From: Octopus vulgaris
Lineage: Eukaryota
Reading direction: 5' to 3'
Assembly: GCA_951406725.2 (NCBI GenBank)
Contig: OX597814.1
Span: forward strand, 81,034,001 to 81,098,000
DNA length: 64,000 nucleotides
Part shown: positions 1 through 12,442 of the stretch, one piece after another
How the letters are laid out: the number at the start of each line of letters is the position of its first letter
Position numbering within the stretch: the first letter of the stretch is position 1
Made by a program: the position numbers and the translations under genes
Notes under the pieces: generated by a model
The model's database searches: none
What the model was told of the DNA's origin: nothing
The model's input: the letters and a program-made list of their open reading frames with translations, nothing else

Positions 1-357
1 AAAAAAATTTAATATTTCATACATTTAAGAATTAAAGAATATGCGTTTTACCAAAACATTTTATCTAATAAAACATGATAAAATTAAGTAATGATTGCTA
101 TAAAAATGCATGTGTACACCCAGAGCTGTGCTTATACACACATGCACATTATCTGGGTGTGTGCTTGCGTGTGTGTCTACATATATGTAACTTTAGGCGT
201 CTACCACACAGCTAAGTTGAAACATTTCTTACAGACAAATGTATACAGGCATATATATATGTGCACACACACATACATAGAAACATACACCCACACATTT
301 AAATATACACATGTGGATGTATGTCTTCATCTATGTATTCTATGTAGGTATGAAAAT

Positions 358-540
<183 letters not shown>

Positions 541-1624
541 TACCCACACAAACATTAATATCAAACAGTGAGAATGAGTGCTCAACACGACATTGGAAGA
601 TAAATATATATATATATGTATATCTAATATGCTATTCAGTAGTGCCCTTTCAGCACTCTACCCACTAGTGCCCTATCCTGTGATAAGCTATCAACATGCT
701 TTTGTGTAGAACCCTAATACTACCCCATCTTATAGTATTCTTTCACCACTAGCATCCTATCATTATTGATACCCTATTCAGTAATGCCTTAACTGTTTTG
801 TAATGCCTTAAGTGGTCAGTTACCAGAATAAGTTGTTTATAAAAGTTGAAGCCACTTCTGTCTACATGTTTGCGAATGAAACCTCATGGTTGCTGCCATG
901 GTACACTTTGTACTATGTATGAGACCAATGAGATGAAATACCTCTTCTGTGGGGATGAATGCAGTAATACAGCTATCAATTGCATTTGTCAGTTTTACAA
1001 TGCTTTTTGATTTCCTATTTAAATAAACTTACCATATCTTGGTACTTCCTTGTAGTTAGGTAAATTATGTTATTGAGAGCAAAGTTTCTAGTTTATGCAT
1101 AAACACCTGTGATAAATTTCACAGTCAATGTGCTGCTGGTTGTACAATAGCCTATCATCTCAGCCATCTGTAATTATCATATTAAAATGAAGACTGGTAA
1201 TTTAAACCAGATCTTCAGGTGTGCATTTTAGCACCTTCTGACATGGATACCTATCAAATCTTCATCCATGTAACAGCCAGATTGATATTCATAATCTCTC
1301 TGTCTTATATCTCAAGATAGAAGCTACATGTTTACACTCCTTAACCAAAATTCAGTATCATACCATTCAATAAGAAATAAATTAAGTAATACTTGTTAAA
1401 TACTTAGTTCAGTTAACTTTTTGTGTGATATGAATTCTTATTCCAGTAAAGCTGATCAGGTCACTGTATCATTGGTAACATCATCATTGATATCATCATT
1501 GATATTATCCTTTACACCAGAATGATAATAGTGCCACCCCCTTATCTATCTGTTCTCTTTAAGCAATCATTGCATATGCACAATTTCCTTCCAGATTTGT
1601 CTGTCTATCTATCCATCTTTTAAT

Positions 1625-1981
1625 TGTTTCAGTCATTAGTCTGCAGCCCTGCTGGGTCACCACCTTGAAGAGCTTTTAGTCAAATGAACTGACCCTAATA
1701 CTTACTTTTTGTTTTAAGCCTGGTACCTATTCTATTGATCACTTTTGCTGAACCACTATGTTACAGAGACATAAACACACCAGCATCAGTTGTCAAGCGG
1801 TGGTTGGGTACAAACACACACACACATATATTTATGACAGACTCCTTTTAGTTTCCATCTACCAAATCCACTCATAAGGCTTTGTTTGACCAGAGGCTAT
1901 AGTAGATGCCCAAGGTGCCATGCAGTGGGACTGAACCTGCAATCATGTTGTGAGAAGCAAACTTCTTTCCACACAGCCATG
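1625..1981 (-). mobile_element. tRNA-derived CORE-type SINE (family A)
   Basis: Reverse complement begins with an A-box-like TGGCTGTGTGG and a B-box-like GGTTCAGTCCC, then CCTTGGGCA (CORE-like). Homologous copies at 2880-3262, 5490-5862, 20030-20410, 57207-57780 and others. Confidence 0.85.
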
Positions 1982-2246
1982 TATCATTAATGGTTATATT
2001 TAGGTTTTTCAGATCTTTTTGGATCATTTCTAACCTGATCTTTTTTTCTGTATTCTTTTGTGTATTTCCTATTTGTATGGCTGGAAATATCTAAGTCTAT
2101 ATGGCAACTTACAATAATACATTTCAGTTTGTTTGGCTATTCATATAAAATCACTGTTTCTGAATTGATTCAGAAATGGCCAGTTGGCAAGAACAAATTC
2201 ATCAAATGTAATCATTCTTAAAACATAGTTAATCTGCTCTACTCAC

Positions 2247-2370
2247 GGGATTTAGCACAGGCATCTCATTTAAAAGACTTGCAAAATATCAAGCTTCCTT
2301 GAGAGTAATGATCAGGATTTGATTCGATATAATGAGTGTTGGTGATCAATGATTCCAATTGTTCAATCAA
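2247..2370 (-). other. Candidate exon (minus strand)
   Basis: On the minus strand: acceptor ...ttatgtgtttcag|TTGATT and donor AATCCC|gtgagt. The one long open frame reads LIEQLESLITNTHYIESNPDHYSQGSLIFCKSFK*. No homology recognised. Confidence 0.3.
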
Positions 2371-2568
2371 CTGAAACACATAATCATTGAATTGTATTGT
2401 TAGTAAGTGGCTGAATATTCCACATACTCTTTCTGTATACATCAGACATGGTTGTGTGGTTAAGAAGCTTCTTTTACAACAATGTGGTTTTGGGTTCAGT
2501 TCTACTACAGGATACCTTGAGCAAGAAGGTTCTACTATAGCCCTAAGCCACACAACTTATACATATCT

Positions 2569-2846
2569 ATAGAGGCAATTATGTAGATAAACAAATTAGA
2601 TACATTAGATAAATTGCCTGTATACATATATACGTATTTTGTATTTCATGCCCAAACTTTTATATTTAACATATCTAATTTGTTTATCCACATAATTGCC
2701 TCTCTATCCACTCAACTTGATCCCTCTTATAGCCATTCTTTACCCGGTGGAATTCAGCCCCTGTAAAGACATTGGAGTCTAATTTTGAATCTTTTGAGCA
2801 CTGATAAGTGTCTTCTGTACTGAGAATCTCTGAATCTCACCCTTAG

Positions 2847-2850
<4 letters not shown>
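2569..2850. repeat. Short inverted-repeat element, possibly Penelope-derived
   Basis: Arms agaggcaattatgtagataaacaaattagata (~2570-2602) and tatctaatttgtttatccacataattgcctct (~2672-2703). Downstream ctgataag resembles a truncated hammerhead core; the element ends in (TA)n. Confidence 0.5.
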
Positions 2851-2877
<27 letters not shown>

Positions 2878-2879
2878 AC

Positions 2880-3262
2880 TCTTTTTACTCTTTTAATTGT
2901 TTCAGTCATTTGACTGTGGCCATGCTGGAGCACCGCCTTTAGTCAAGTAAATCAATCCCCGGACTTATTCTTTGTAAGCCCAGTACTTATTCTATTGGTC
3001 TCTTTTGCCAAACCGCTAAGTTACAGGAACGTAAACACACCAGCATCAATTATCAAGCGGTGTTGGGGGGGACAAACACAGACACACAAACACACTCACA
3101 TATATATATATACATATACATATATATGACGGGCTTCTTTCAGTATCCGTCTACCAAATCCACTCACAAGGCTTTCGTCGGCCCAAGGCTATAGTAAAAG
3201 ATGCTTGCCCACGTTGCCACGCAGTGGGACTGAACCCGGAACCATGTGGTTGGTAAGCAAGC
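2880..3262 (-). mobile_element. SINE family A, relatively young copy
   Basis: Same family as 1625-1981 but retains many CpGs (caccgcc, aaccgct, gacggg, cacgcag, cccgga). Confidence 0.88.
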
Positions 3263-3910
3263 TATATATATATGCAGAAACCATGCCAAAACAGGCAATG
3301 GAGCCTGGTGTGACACCTGGCCTTATCAGCTCTGGTTAAACTGTCCAACCAACACCAGTACGGAAGACAAATGTAAAATGAGGATGACAATGATTATGTT
3401 TGCTGATCATACTGACTTAACAAGAAAAACTGAAATAGTGGTGACAGGTATTAGTGATTGTATGAATAACAGAATTTATGGAGGGTAGTGTAGTTTTCTA
3501 GCAATTTGTATGTACAAAGTTAAGCTATTAATGAGTTGCTGAGTTACCTACAACATTATCAAGTTAAGTGTGTACCTGTTCAACTATGTTCCTATGCAGA
3601 AATGCATATATGTGAATACTTGTATATTTGTGTATGTGTGTGCACATGTGTGTACGTGTGTGTGTGTAGGTGTGAGAACATGATGGTTTCTAAGGTAAGA
3701 TAGCATGTTTATTATACAAAGAAAATGTATCTATCTTGAATTTCTTCATGACTGCTTAAAGTCTCTTATGAAAAACCAAGTGAGATCCTTCCTCTTTGAT
3801 GATTTCCTGGTTGAGATTTAGAAGTTTTTGTTGGATTATGGATGTTTATTTCACCATCACTATACTCTCTCTCTCACTCACTCTCCTCCTTTCTGTGTGT
3901 GTGTGTGTGC

Positions 3911-3970
<60 letters not shown>

Positions 3971-4258
3971 GTGCACAAGATACTATTTCTTTCTTTCTCT
4001 CTTGTTATTCCCCACCAATATGTTCCTAGATGTTTGCTTCATTGATTCAGATATATCTGCCGATATTTCTACCCTGACTTAATGGAAGTTATTATTACAT
4101 CATAGATATTCTACCGTCTCATTCTTTGTTGCTGTGTGGATGCTATTGCATGTGTGCGTGTATTGTACACATAACACATGTACACCTCTTGTTGATTTGT
4201 ATATGTGTGTGCATGTATGTGTTTAAATCTATAATGTTGTTATATTGTTATCTTAAGC

Positions 4259-4297
<39 letters not shown>

Positions 4298-4363
4298 CAT
4301 TATTATTCATAATTAACAGGAAAGGTATAAATAACATTACATGTACATTCAAAACTCTTTGAG

Positions 4364-4416
<53 letters not shown>

Positions 4417-4511
4417 CATACACACTCACATACAGACACACTTACATAAACATGTACACACACACATATCCATTCCACCATCCCTGAAATTAAATCCTTC
4501 ATATATAAGAA

Positions 4512-4563
<52 letters not shown>

Positions 4564-4731
4564 CTATGTATTTTATATATATAAATTATATAATATAATA
4601 CAATTACACAAACACACACACAGAGCTATCACCTTATCCTTGAAATTGAATTATATATAAGAATGAATTTTTATATACATAACATTATAATGTAATAAAT
4701 ATAATATATCTATATAACACATTATAATACA

Positions 4732-4771
<40 letters not shown>

Positions 4772-5184
4772 ACATTATAATACAGTACAATATTATACAT
4801 ACACACACGCAACTCAAATACACATTCTGTGTGAGCAAGAGGTCTTTCTGTGTCATGATTCCCCTAAATCCTGCTCTTATATACATGCTGAGCACACTCC
4901 TAAGTATGAGCTACATACACTACAAAGAGTAGTAACATTGTTATCAACCCCAACAGCAATAATTATAATCCTTATTTTGACACAAGGCCTGAAATTTGTG
5001 AGGTGGGAAATAGTTGATTACATTGACCCCAGTGCACAACTGATACTTTATTTTTATCAACCCTAAAAAGATAAAAGGTAATGTTGATCTCAGTGGAAGT
5101 TCATCCAACATACTAATTATTCTGATAGTTTACTGCCTTAGCTAGGATGATGATCATGACAACGACAATGATGACGAAGAAGAA

Positions 5185-5458
5185 GAAATTAATGCCAATA
5201 GGCCAGATATAGTTGTCAGAGACCACCAAGAAAAAAATGCTTTCTAATCAAAGTATCAATACCAAAAGATAACAATGTTTCTCTAAAAGAAATGGAAAAA
5301 CTTTCAAAATACAAAGACCTGGAAATAGTGGTAACTCAAATATGGAGCCTAAAAACCGAAACAATTCCTATCATAGTAGGCGCATTAGGTGTGATAAAGA
5401 AATATTCTGACAAATACATAACAAAACCATCAGGACTAACAAGTATGTATAACATACT
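5185..5458 (+). mobile_element. R4/Dong-like non-LTR retrotransposon 3' fragment (restriction-like endonuclease domain)
   Basis: Translates, with one frameshift, to ANRPDIVVRD..K.CFLIKVSIPKDNNVSLKEMEKLSKYKDLE...W...TIPIIVGALG. This is the PD-type RLE signature of R4-clade elements. Confidence 0.8.
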
Positions 5459-5489
5459 TCTAGATTTTTTCCTGAACAGGCAACAGGCT

Positions 5490-5862
5490 GACATGGCTGT
5501 ATAGTAAGAAGCTTGCTTCCCAACCACCTGGTTCAGGGTTCAGTCTCACTGAGTAGCACCTTGGGCAAATGTCTTCTACTATAGTCTCAGATTGACTATA
5601 GATGTAGTAGATGGAAAGTGAAAGAAGCCCATCATATAAGTGTGTGTGTGTCTTAGTCTTTGTGTTTGTCCCCAACCACCACTTGACCTCTGGTGCTTGT
5701 GTGTTTATGTCCAAGTAACTTAGCAGTTTGGCAAAAGAGAGTAATAGAGTAAGTACCAGGCTTTGAAAACAAAATAAGTACTGGGATCGATACATTCGAC
5801 TAAAATTTCAAGGTGGTGCCCTAGCATGGCCACAGTCAAATGACTGAAACAAGTAAAAGATA
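5490..5862 (+). mobile_element. SINE family A, full length
   Basis: Head catggctgtatagtaagaagcttgcttcccaacc...gggttcagtc, CORE-like caccttgggcaaatgtcttc, 3' end atgactgaaacaagtaaaagataa. Confidence 0.88.
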
Positions 5863-6448
5863 AGGTAAATATCCAACCTGATTGACTCCAGAAGAGACAA
5901 CTCAGATAATTCTTGTTACAACTCCTTTTTGTAGCTGCTGTTTACTAAAAAGACATAGATCAGAAGCTGTCCAGTCTATTTCTTATGTGTAATGAACACA
6001 GAAGAGGATATATTTGAATAATGTGGTCCTAATATGTCATGGAGTGATTTGAGAAAGATTTAACTGTTATTTCTAGCAGACTGAGCTACCATATAGAAGC
6101 TTACAATTCGACTTATGAGTCTGTGTCTATGATAATGGAGATGAGTAAATTAAAATCAGTCTGAACATGGCAGCTGCTGCCCATTAGCCCTCAATATTCG
6201 TCTAACAATTATTTGTGCTGTTAGCTCATATCACTGGTATACTTAAATCCATTGCCCTGTTTCAAATGAGTAATTTCTGATCCTGAAGTAGAGGGGGTGA
6301 CTCTAGTAGAGTCCATTCTTTACCAAGCTTTTAGATGAAGTCTGTCTCCAGTCTGTGAATAACCTGTCTTCCTCTAACAGCCCCCCCCCCCCCTCACAGT
6401 CTGAGTCCCATACAGAGAAGGGAAGCTATCCTTCCTCCTCTGACTGAA

Positions 6449-6449
6449 A

Positions 6450-6535
<86 letters not shown>
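6449..6535. repeat. (TG)n microsatellite
   Basis: Directly visible run. Confidence 0.97.
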
Positions 6536-6537
<2 letters not shown>

Positions 6538-6830
6538 GGTGTATAGCCTAGTGGCTATAGTGTTGCACTCACAATTGTAAAGTCATTATTTCAATTCCTA
6601 GACTGGTGGATTGTTGTGTTCTTGAGCAAAACACTTTTGTTCATGTTGCTCCAGTCCACTTAGCTGTAAATGGGTAAACCTGTGATGAACTGTCATTTTG
6701 TTCAGGGAGAATGTTGGTTTAACTGCTTGGCCGGCAGGGTGGGCATCACTCGAAAGCTTAAATGATGCAAGAAAATGCATTGTGACCAGCAGTGTATAAC
6801 AACATCTGAAAGTCTGGTGAATGCAGTGAT
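6536..6830 (+). mobile_element. tRNA-derived CORE-type SINE (family D)
   Basis: A-box-like tagcctagtgg, B-box-like tttcaattcc, then CORE-like gtgttcttgagcaaaacactt...gttgctccagtccacttagctgtaaatgggt. Confidence 0.65.
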
Positions 6831-7479
6831 ATGTCCCACCCATGCCAGCATGGAAAGCAGACGTTAAACAATGATGATGACCATGATGATATATATCGTT
6901 GCTATTATGTTAAACTGTCGTACGTCCAAATTTGGCCAAATCCATTTATTTTCAATATTCAATTTTGCTTGCAATAGCCAGTTCTTTTGGTCAAAGAATC
7001 ATATCTCCAGCTGCTTCAGATGCCAAGATACCAATAATTGTTAAAATGTAGTAGTACAACGATTTTGCTATGGAATGGTGAAACTATTTTTTTCATTTTC
7101 TGAAAAAGCAATGTTTTGGACTTATGATACTTTTGCATTATAGCAACGATTTTATATAAATTGTTGGCATCCTTTTGTCTTGGGAGACAATGGAGTTGCA
7201 CATAAATTAATCCAATCTGGTTTTTACATTTCATGTCCATTCCAGTTTCCTCTTCAGTTTTGCACATGCCTGGGCTACATGTAAGAAAATCCTGGGTAGC
7301 CCAATCATCAGGATTCCCCTCTCGACCTTCCTGATGTAGTCCAAAGGCATGCAGAGCATTACATTTGGCACCAGCTTTGTTGCAGGAGCTGCCAGAAGAG
7401 TGTCAAGTTGAACACTAAACCGCCTATGGGGTTCCACTCCAAATTTCTTTGAAGGTTGTTTCCTTTCTGTAACCCTGAG

Positions 7480-7705
7480 AGAGAGAAAGAGAGTTAATAG
7501 GAGGGCAAAATACTTCATAAGCCCTCTCATAGGACAGAAATGAATCTGATGAAAGTAGCATTAATTTTTTTTCGGTTGTTCAATTTTTCTCATCTGATTG
7601 AGAAAACCTATCAGCAATGTACCTATAAAGACTACTGGAAACAGCTGTAAGCCAGATTTATTTTAATATAGGAAAAATATGTAATGACCATTATTTATAC
7701 CTTAT
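7480..7705. repeat. Unclassified dispersed repeat (second copy 49212-49465)
   Basis: Both loci share gggcaaaatactt..ataagc, ctgatga.agtagcattaatttt, ctgattgag.aaacctatca and aatgaccatt. Confidence 0.7.
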
Positions 7706-7709
7706 CTCA

Positions 7710-7780
<71 letters not shown>

Positions 7781-8255
7781 TATATCTGTAAAAGAAGCAC
7801 ACTCTAAACATTAGAGCAGTAAATTTAAACTAAACACAAGAAGAAACTTCCTTCAACAGGCAGTTCTTACACACTAGAAGTAGTAGTCAAAACAACCAAA
7901 ACCATATTTAAGGGCAAATTCTCAAAAGGAATGAAAAATAAAAACTTTTATCTTGTTATTTTATTTTGGTCAGACCTAGGTTTCTAAATTTTTTTGTCAA
8001 ATAAAATAATTTGCTAGGCGAATTTTTCATCAATGACCATGCCATAACACTAACATATAATTAAGAGATGATTAACACGTGTCTCTTCGTTATACATTAT
8101 AATTCTTTAAATTCACTTTGCAAGCACAGTTTCATTCGGTAGTAAATGAATAACTGCCGAATTAATCTTTTAAAAGTTGCTAAAAACATATACGTAAAAT
8201 ATATAGGGTAGTGAGTTTTTTAGAAATTTCACTAAATTTCATTAGAGCAGTAATG

Positions 8256-8465
8256 TATTTATAGGAAGTTAATTATATGGCCAGTCATAGAGTGACTAAT
8301 GGTTTCACATTTATAAAGTGCTTAGCTTTATAGATGGCTCATTGGACTCTTATGGCTGTGGGCTAGAGTGACCCATGGTTTCGCATCTATAAAGCACTTA
8401 GCCTTATAGATATGAAACCATTGGTCATTCTATGGCTGGCCACATAATTAACTTCCTATAAATAT
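8256..8465. mobile_element. Fold-back element with degenerate hammerhead ribozyme motifs
   Basis: Terminal arms tatttataggaagttaattat...ataattaacttcctataaata. Minus strand 8289-8350 reads agagt-CCAATGA-[stem II]-GAAA-ccattag-TC-actct. Confidence 0.7.
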
Positions 8466-8467
8466 GT

Positions 8468-8765
8468 GAACTGGCACTCCATTGGTTACAACAATGAGGG
8501 CTCCAGATGATCCGATCAACAGAACAGGTTGCTTCTGAAATTTACTTGCAAGTGGCTGAGTACTCCACAGACACGTGTACTGTTATCATAGTTCTCAGGG
8601 TGATTCAGCATGACACAGAATGAGCTAAGGTTGGACCTTTGAAATACAGGTACTACTTAATTTTGCCAGGTGAATGGACTGGAGCAACATGAAATAAAGC
8701 CTGTTGTCAGTAATCAAACTCACAACCTTACAGTCATAAGCCAAATACCCCAACCATTAAGCCAT
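8468..8765 (-). mobile_element. tRNA-derived CORE-type SINE (family E)
   Basis: Reverse-complement homolog of 9105-9397 and same-strand homolog of 57978-58303 (gtgtctgtggagt.ctcagccacttgca motif). Confidence 0.8.
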
Positions 8766-9104
8766 GTTTACACACACACATATATATATATAATCATTTA
8801 CATGTGGCTGAGGTGTGTATAGGACCTGCAGTTAGATTTATTGAAGATAAGGTCACTGACCGATCTATAAAAGAAAGTCAATCTATAAAAGTTATTTTTA
8901 GCATTTTTGATTGATCAGAGTGAATGAATGAAAACTGAGATTTAAAAGTGAATTTATAAATATAACTTATAAGCAATAGACTGAGAACATTAAGATATTG
9001 AACTTTGGGGTTATACAGTTAAAAACTGAGAAATTAATCTTACTCAATTGCAATAGAACATTTGCACATTTTAAACTCATTTCTCCAGGTAGTAAACACA
9101 GACT

Positions 9105-9397
9105 GAAGGCACATGGATTAATTGTTAGGGTATTTGGCTTACATTCATCATTGTATCTTTGAGCAGGACACTTATTTCATGTTGCACCAGTTCACTCAAA
9201 AGTGAGTAGTACCCCTAATTCAAAAGGGCCAGCCTTGTTGCCTTCAGTGTCACACTGAATCTCCCGGAGAACTACATTAAGGAGACACGTGTCTGTGGAG
9301 TGCTCAGCCACTTGCACACTTAATTTCACAAGCAAGCTGTTCTTTTGACCTGATCAACTGGAACAATTGTCATCATAACCAATGTAGCACCAGTTAT
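9105..9397 (+). mobile_element. SINE family E
   Basis: CORE-like ctttgagcaggacacttatttcatgttgcaccagt. The 3' part is shared with 8468-8765 in opposite orientation. Confidence 0.8.
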
Positions 9398-9836
9398 ATA
9401 CAGACTGACTGCTGAAAATGATGCTGTTATCCTCTTCTCTTTTCGCCATCACTTTCAATTTTGAGGGAACGTGAGTCAGTGGGGGACGCCATAATGCATG
9501 ACTTGCAGTTAGAAATAACAACCGAATTAACCTCAAATTACACCATACTATTTAAACCAATGTTCTCAACCATCTTTTGCTTCAGGACTACTTTGATTCC
9601 TATCTTACTCTACTGGGCCTCTGTAGTCATTTGATGTATATTAAAAAAGATTTTCCTGTATTTTTATAATTAAATATTATTAGATGCAGGTGTGGCTGTG
9701 TAGTAAGAAACTTGCTTCCCAACCACATGGTGTTGGGTTCAGTTCCTCTGCATGACACCTTGGACGAGTATCTTCTGCTATAAGCCTTGGGCCAACCAAA
9801 GCATTGTGAGTGGATTTGGTAGACAGAAACTAGCCA

Positions 9837-9898
<62 letters not shown>

Positions 9899-10059
9899 TG
9901 TGTGTTTGTGTGTGTGTATGTGTATGTGTGTCCTTTCTACTATAGGCACAAGGCCTATAGTAGAAAGGACATTTTGACAATCACCTTATATTTACAATCA
10001 TACTTGATAAAACTGTATCTGGAGTTATATCCTGATTGCAATTTAGCTTTTACACACAC

Positions 10060-10690
10060 ACACACACGTAGTGTACATAAATATGTACATTCGTCGTGCA
10101 CCATTTAACTTTCGAAGAGCCAACATCCGAATGAGTAGTGCTTTGTAAAGTAAGCGCCTCCCAATCCATGTACATTCATACATGAATACAGAGAATCTTA
10201 ACATTGTTTCCATTCTTGTAACAAAATAATACTTTCTTGGGAGTCAATGTTATCGATGATATATCGACTAACCCGATTCCCTCAAAATTGCTAGCCTTGT
10301 TCCTAACTCAGAAGCAGTTATTTTATATTCTCAGATACATTTCAAAAACACTTCAAAGGAATCCAGCGGGAAAGAAGGGGGAATAATTGACTAACGAAAG
10401 ATATTGTGACATCACAATTTCTGCTACGTGTCTGTATTCTTCCTTTTCCTACGTTTTTTTTAATCTTTTTATTGTTTCCACGTTTTTTTTTTTCTCTATG
10501 TCTCCCTCTCTCCTGTTTTTCTCTTTGTCTCTCTCTTTCATCGATCTCACTATTTCCGCTTCTCTCCCTCCTTTCATCATAATCAACGCTAGTGTCACCG
10601 TCAACGCCTCCGTCATCACCGATTAACGTTTAACAGTTTATACTCCTTACTCGGATATTTCCTTCATTGTTACACGAAAAGAAGGTAAGA
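10060..10690. promoter_or_regulatory. CpG-retaining promoter-like region with candidate first-exon donor
   Basis: Roughly two dozen CpGs in about 630 bp of mostly unique sequence, against strong CpG depletion elsewhere. A pyrimidine-rich leader ends in a strong + strand donor GAAG|gtaaga at 10684/10685. Confidence 0.5.
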
Positions 10691-10694
10691 ACTG

Positions 10695-10918
10695 AATGCA
10701 GAGTAGATAAAACAGGGAACAACTGATGAAGGAATGTCTTTATGTTGCTTGTCTCGTTTGTCTATTTGTTTCTTTCGTTGTACTAAGTGTTCGTTTTCCA
10801 GGGTTTTTTTTTTCTTTTTACGTTCTCGTTTCCCATTTTGCTCACTTTTTTTTATGTCCTGTACCTATATAAGCATGTATATATACATATATATATATGT
10901 AAGCATGTACATATGTGT
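10695..10918 (+). repeat. Dispersed repeat interrupted by an RTE LINE (uninterrupted copy 44315-44600)
   Basis: aatgcagagtagataaaacag...caactgatgaag...tttatgttg occurs at both loci. The sequence resumes after the LINE at 12348-12400. Confidence 0.8.
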
Positions 10919-12323
10919 ACAGGGGGATATTCTGGCACCGACCCTATTTTCCATATATTTTGCGGTGGTGTTCTGTATTGCATTCAGAAACTGCAGATGC
11001 GGTGTTTACATCCATTAGCGAACCTCTGGCAGCATATTTAATATCAGGCGCTTTGCTGCAAAAACAAAGGTATTTACCTCTATCATAAGAGACCTTTTGT
11101 ATGCAGATGATTGTGAGCACACACAGAGATTGATATGCAACACATTTTGAATGCATTCTCTGATGCTTGCACTGCCTTAGGATTTGACAGTCAATCTCAA
11201 GAAAACTGTCGCCATGCATCAACCTGCCCCTGGTAAGCGGTATAGTGTACCAAATATCTATGTGTATAGTAAACGACCTGATGTAGTTGATCAGTTTGTC
11301 TACCTGAGAAGCACTATCAATAGATATAGCAATTTGGATGATGAAATTCCATATAGAATTAGGAAAGCAAGTGTTGCTTTCAGAAGGCTAGAAAAGCGCC
11401 TCTGGAGTCAGCGAGATATATCTAGAAAGACAAAGATAAAGGTGTACAAGGCATGTGTGCTCCCTTCTCTTCTCTATGCCTGCGAGACGTGGGTCATATA
11501 TCGATACCACCTTAAACAACTGGAACGTTTCCATCAGATGTGTCTCAGACGGATCTATGACATTAAGTGGAAGGACCGCATCAGTGATCTTGAAATATGG
11601 GAAGGCTCTCGGTGTGAAAGTATAGAAGCTCTTGTGTTAAAGCAAAGGCTCAGATAGAGTGGTCATCTGGTCAGGATGAAGGATTCAAGGATGCCAAAAC
11701 AACTCTTTTATGGAGAGTTAGCTTAAGGAAAACGACCTCCACATAAACCAAAAAAAGAGGTATAAGGACTTGCTGAAGGCTCCTTAAGAGATGCTTGCAT
11801 CTCTCCTGACACATGGGAAGGCATAGCTATTGATCGTAGCAGATGGAGAAGGATTATGTACGAGGGGACAGCTACTTTTGAGAAATCTCGAGTTGCACAT
11901 GAGAAAGTAAGGAGGGATGTCAGGAAGGGCATCGCTGTTACACTTCCATATAGGAAGGGTCTTCCTATGATGCTGACATGCAGTGTCTGTGCAAGACCCT
12001 GCCTCAGTAAAGCTGGACTCAAGAGTCATCTTCGTAGTCATAAAGCGAGACAGATGAGTGACAACCTGGCCACTAGTGGTGGTGTAACACACCATACTAA
12101 TCATATCTGTCAGGCATGTGGAAGAGAGTGTAATTCAGCAGGAGGACTTAAACGACATGCAAAAGTACATGAAGCCCAGTTACAACTACAGCCGGCTATT
12201 ACCGGTAAAGGTTTTAGTTGCCAATTCTGTACAAGACATTATAGATCTTTAGCTGGGCTAAAAAGTCACATTCGATCACAGCACCAGTAACAGTTAAGCT
12301 TCGATAACGAGGGGGCAGCCATA
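10919..12323 (+). mobile_element. 5'-truncated RTE-clade LINE with three C-terminal C2H2 zinc fingers (pseudogenised)
   Basis: RT motifs QGDILAPTLFSIYF, LLYADD, GLTVNLKKT, FVYLRSTI, LLYACETW. Fingers CSVC..HLRSH, CQAC..HAKVH, CQFC..HIRSQH. 24-bp TSD atatgtaRgcatgtacatatgtgt at 10895-10918 and 12324-12347. Internal stops and frameshifts. Confidence 0.95.
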
Positions 12324-12400
12324 ATATGTAGGCATGTACATATGTGTGTGTATATATGCATATTATTATATATATATATTATTTATATTATTATCATATA

Positions 12401-12439
<39 letters not shown>

Positions 12440-12442
<3 letters not shown>

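Noticed and set aside
3670-3694. 25-nt micro-exon candidate (tag|GTGTGAG...TAAG|gtaaga)
   Set aside because: The donor is strong, but the acceptor is only a (TG)n end and no partner exons support it.
7016-7530. Two overlapping minus-strand ORFs as a gene or transposase
   Set aside because: No recognisable domain, and the ORF start lies inside a dispersed repeat; kept only as a weak exon hypothesis.
7540-7620. CTGATGA in the 7480/49212 repeat as a hammerhead
   Set aside because: I could not find a convincing stem II, GAAA and stem I arrangement shared by both copies.
7790-8250. Possible decayed Penelope GIY-YIG remnant
   Set aside because: Only a faint NETVLAK-like motif amid many stops; too weak to call.
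11856-12290. Stand-alone host C2H2 zinc-finger gene
   Set aside because: It is the C-terminus of the RTE ORF and lies inside the TSD-bounded insertion.
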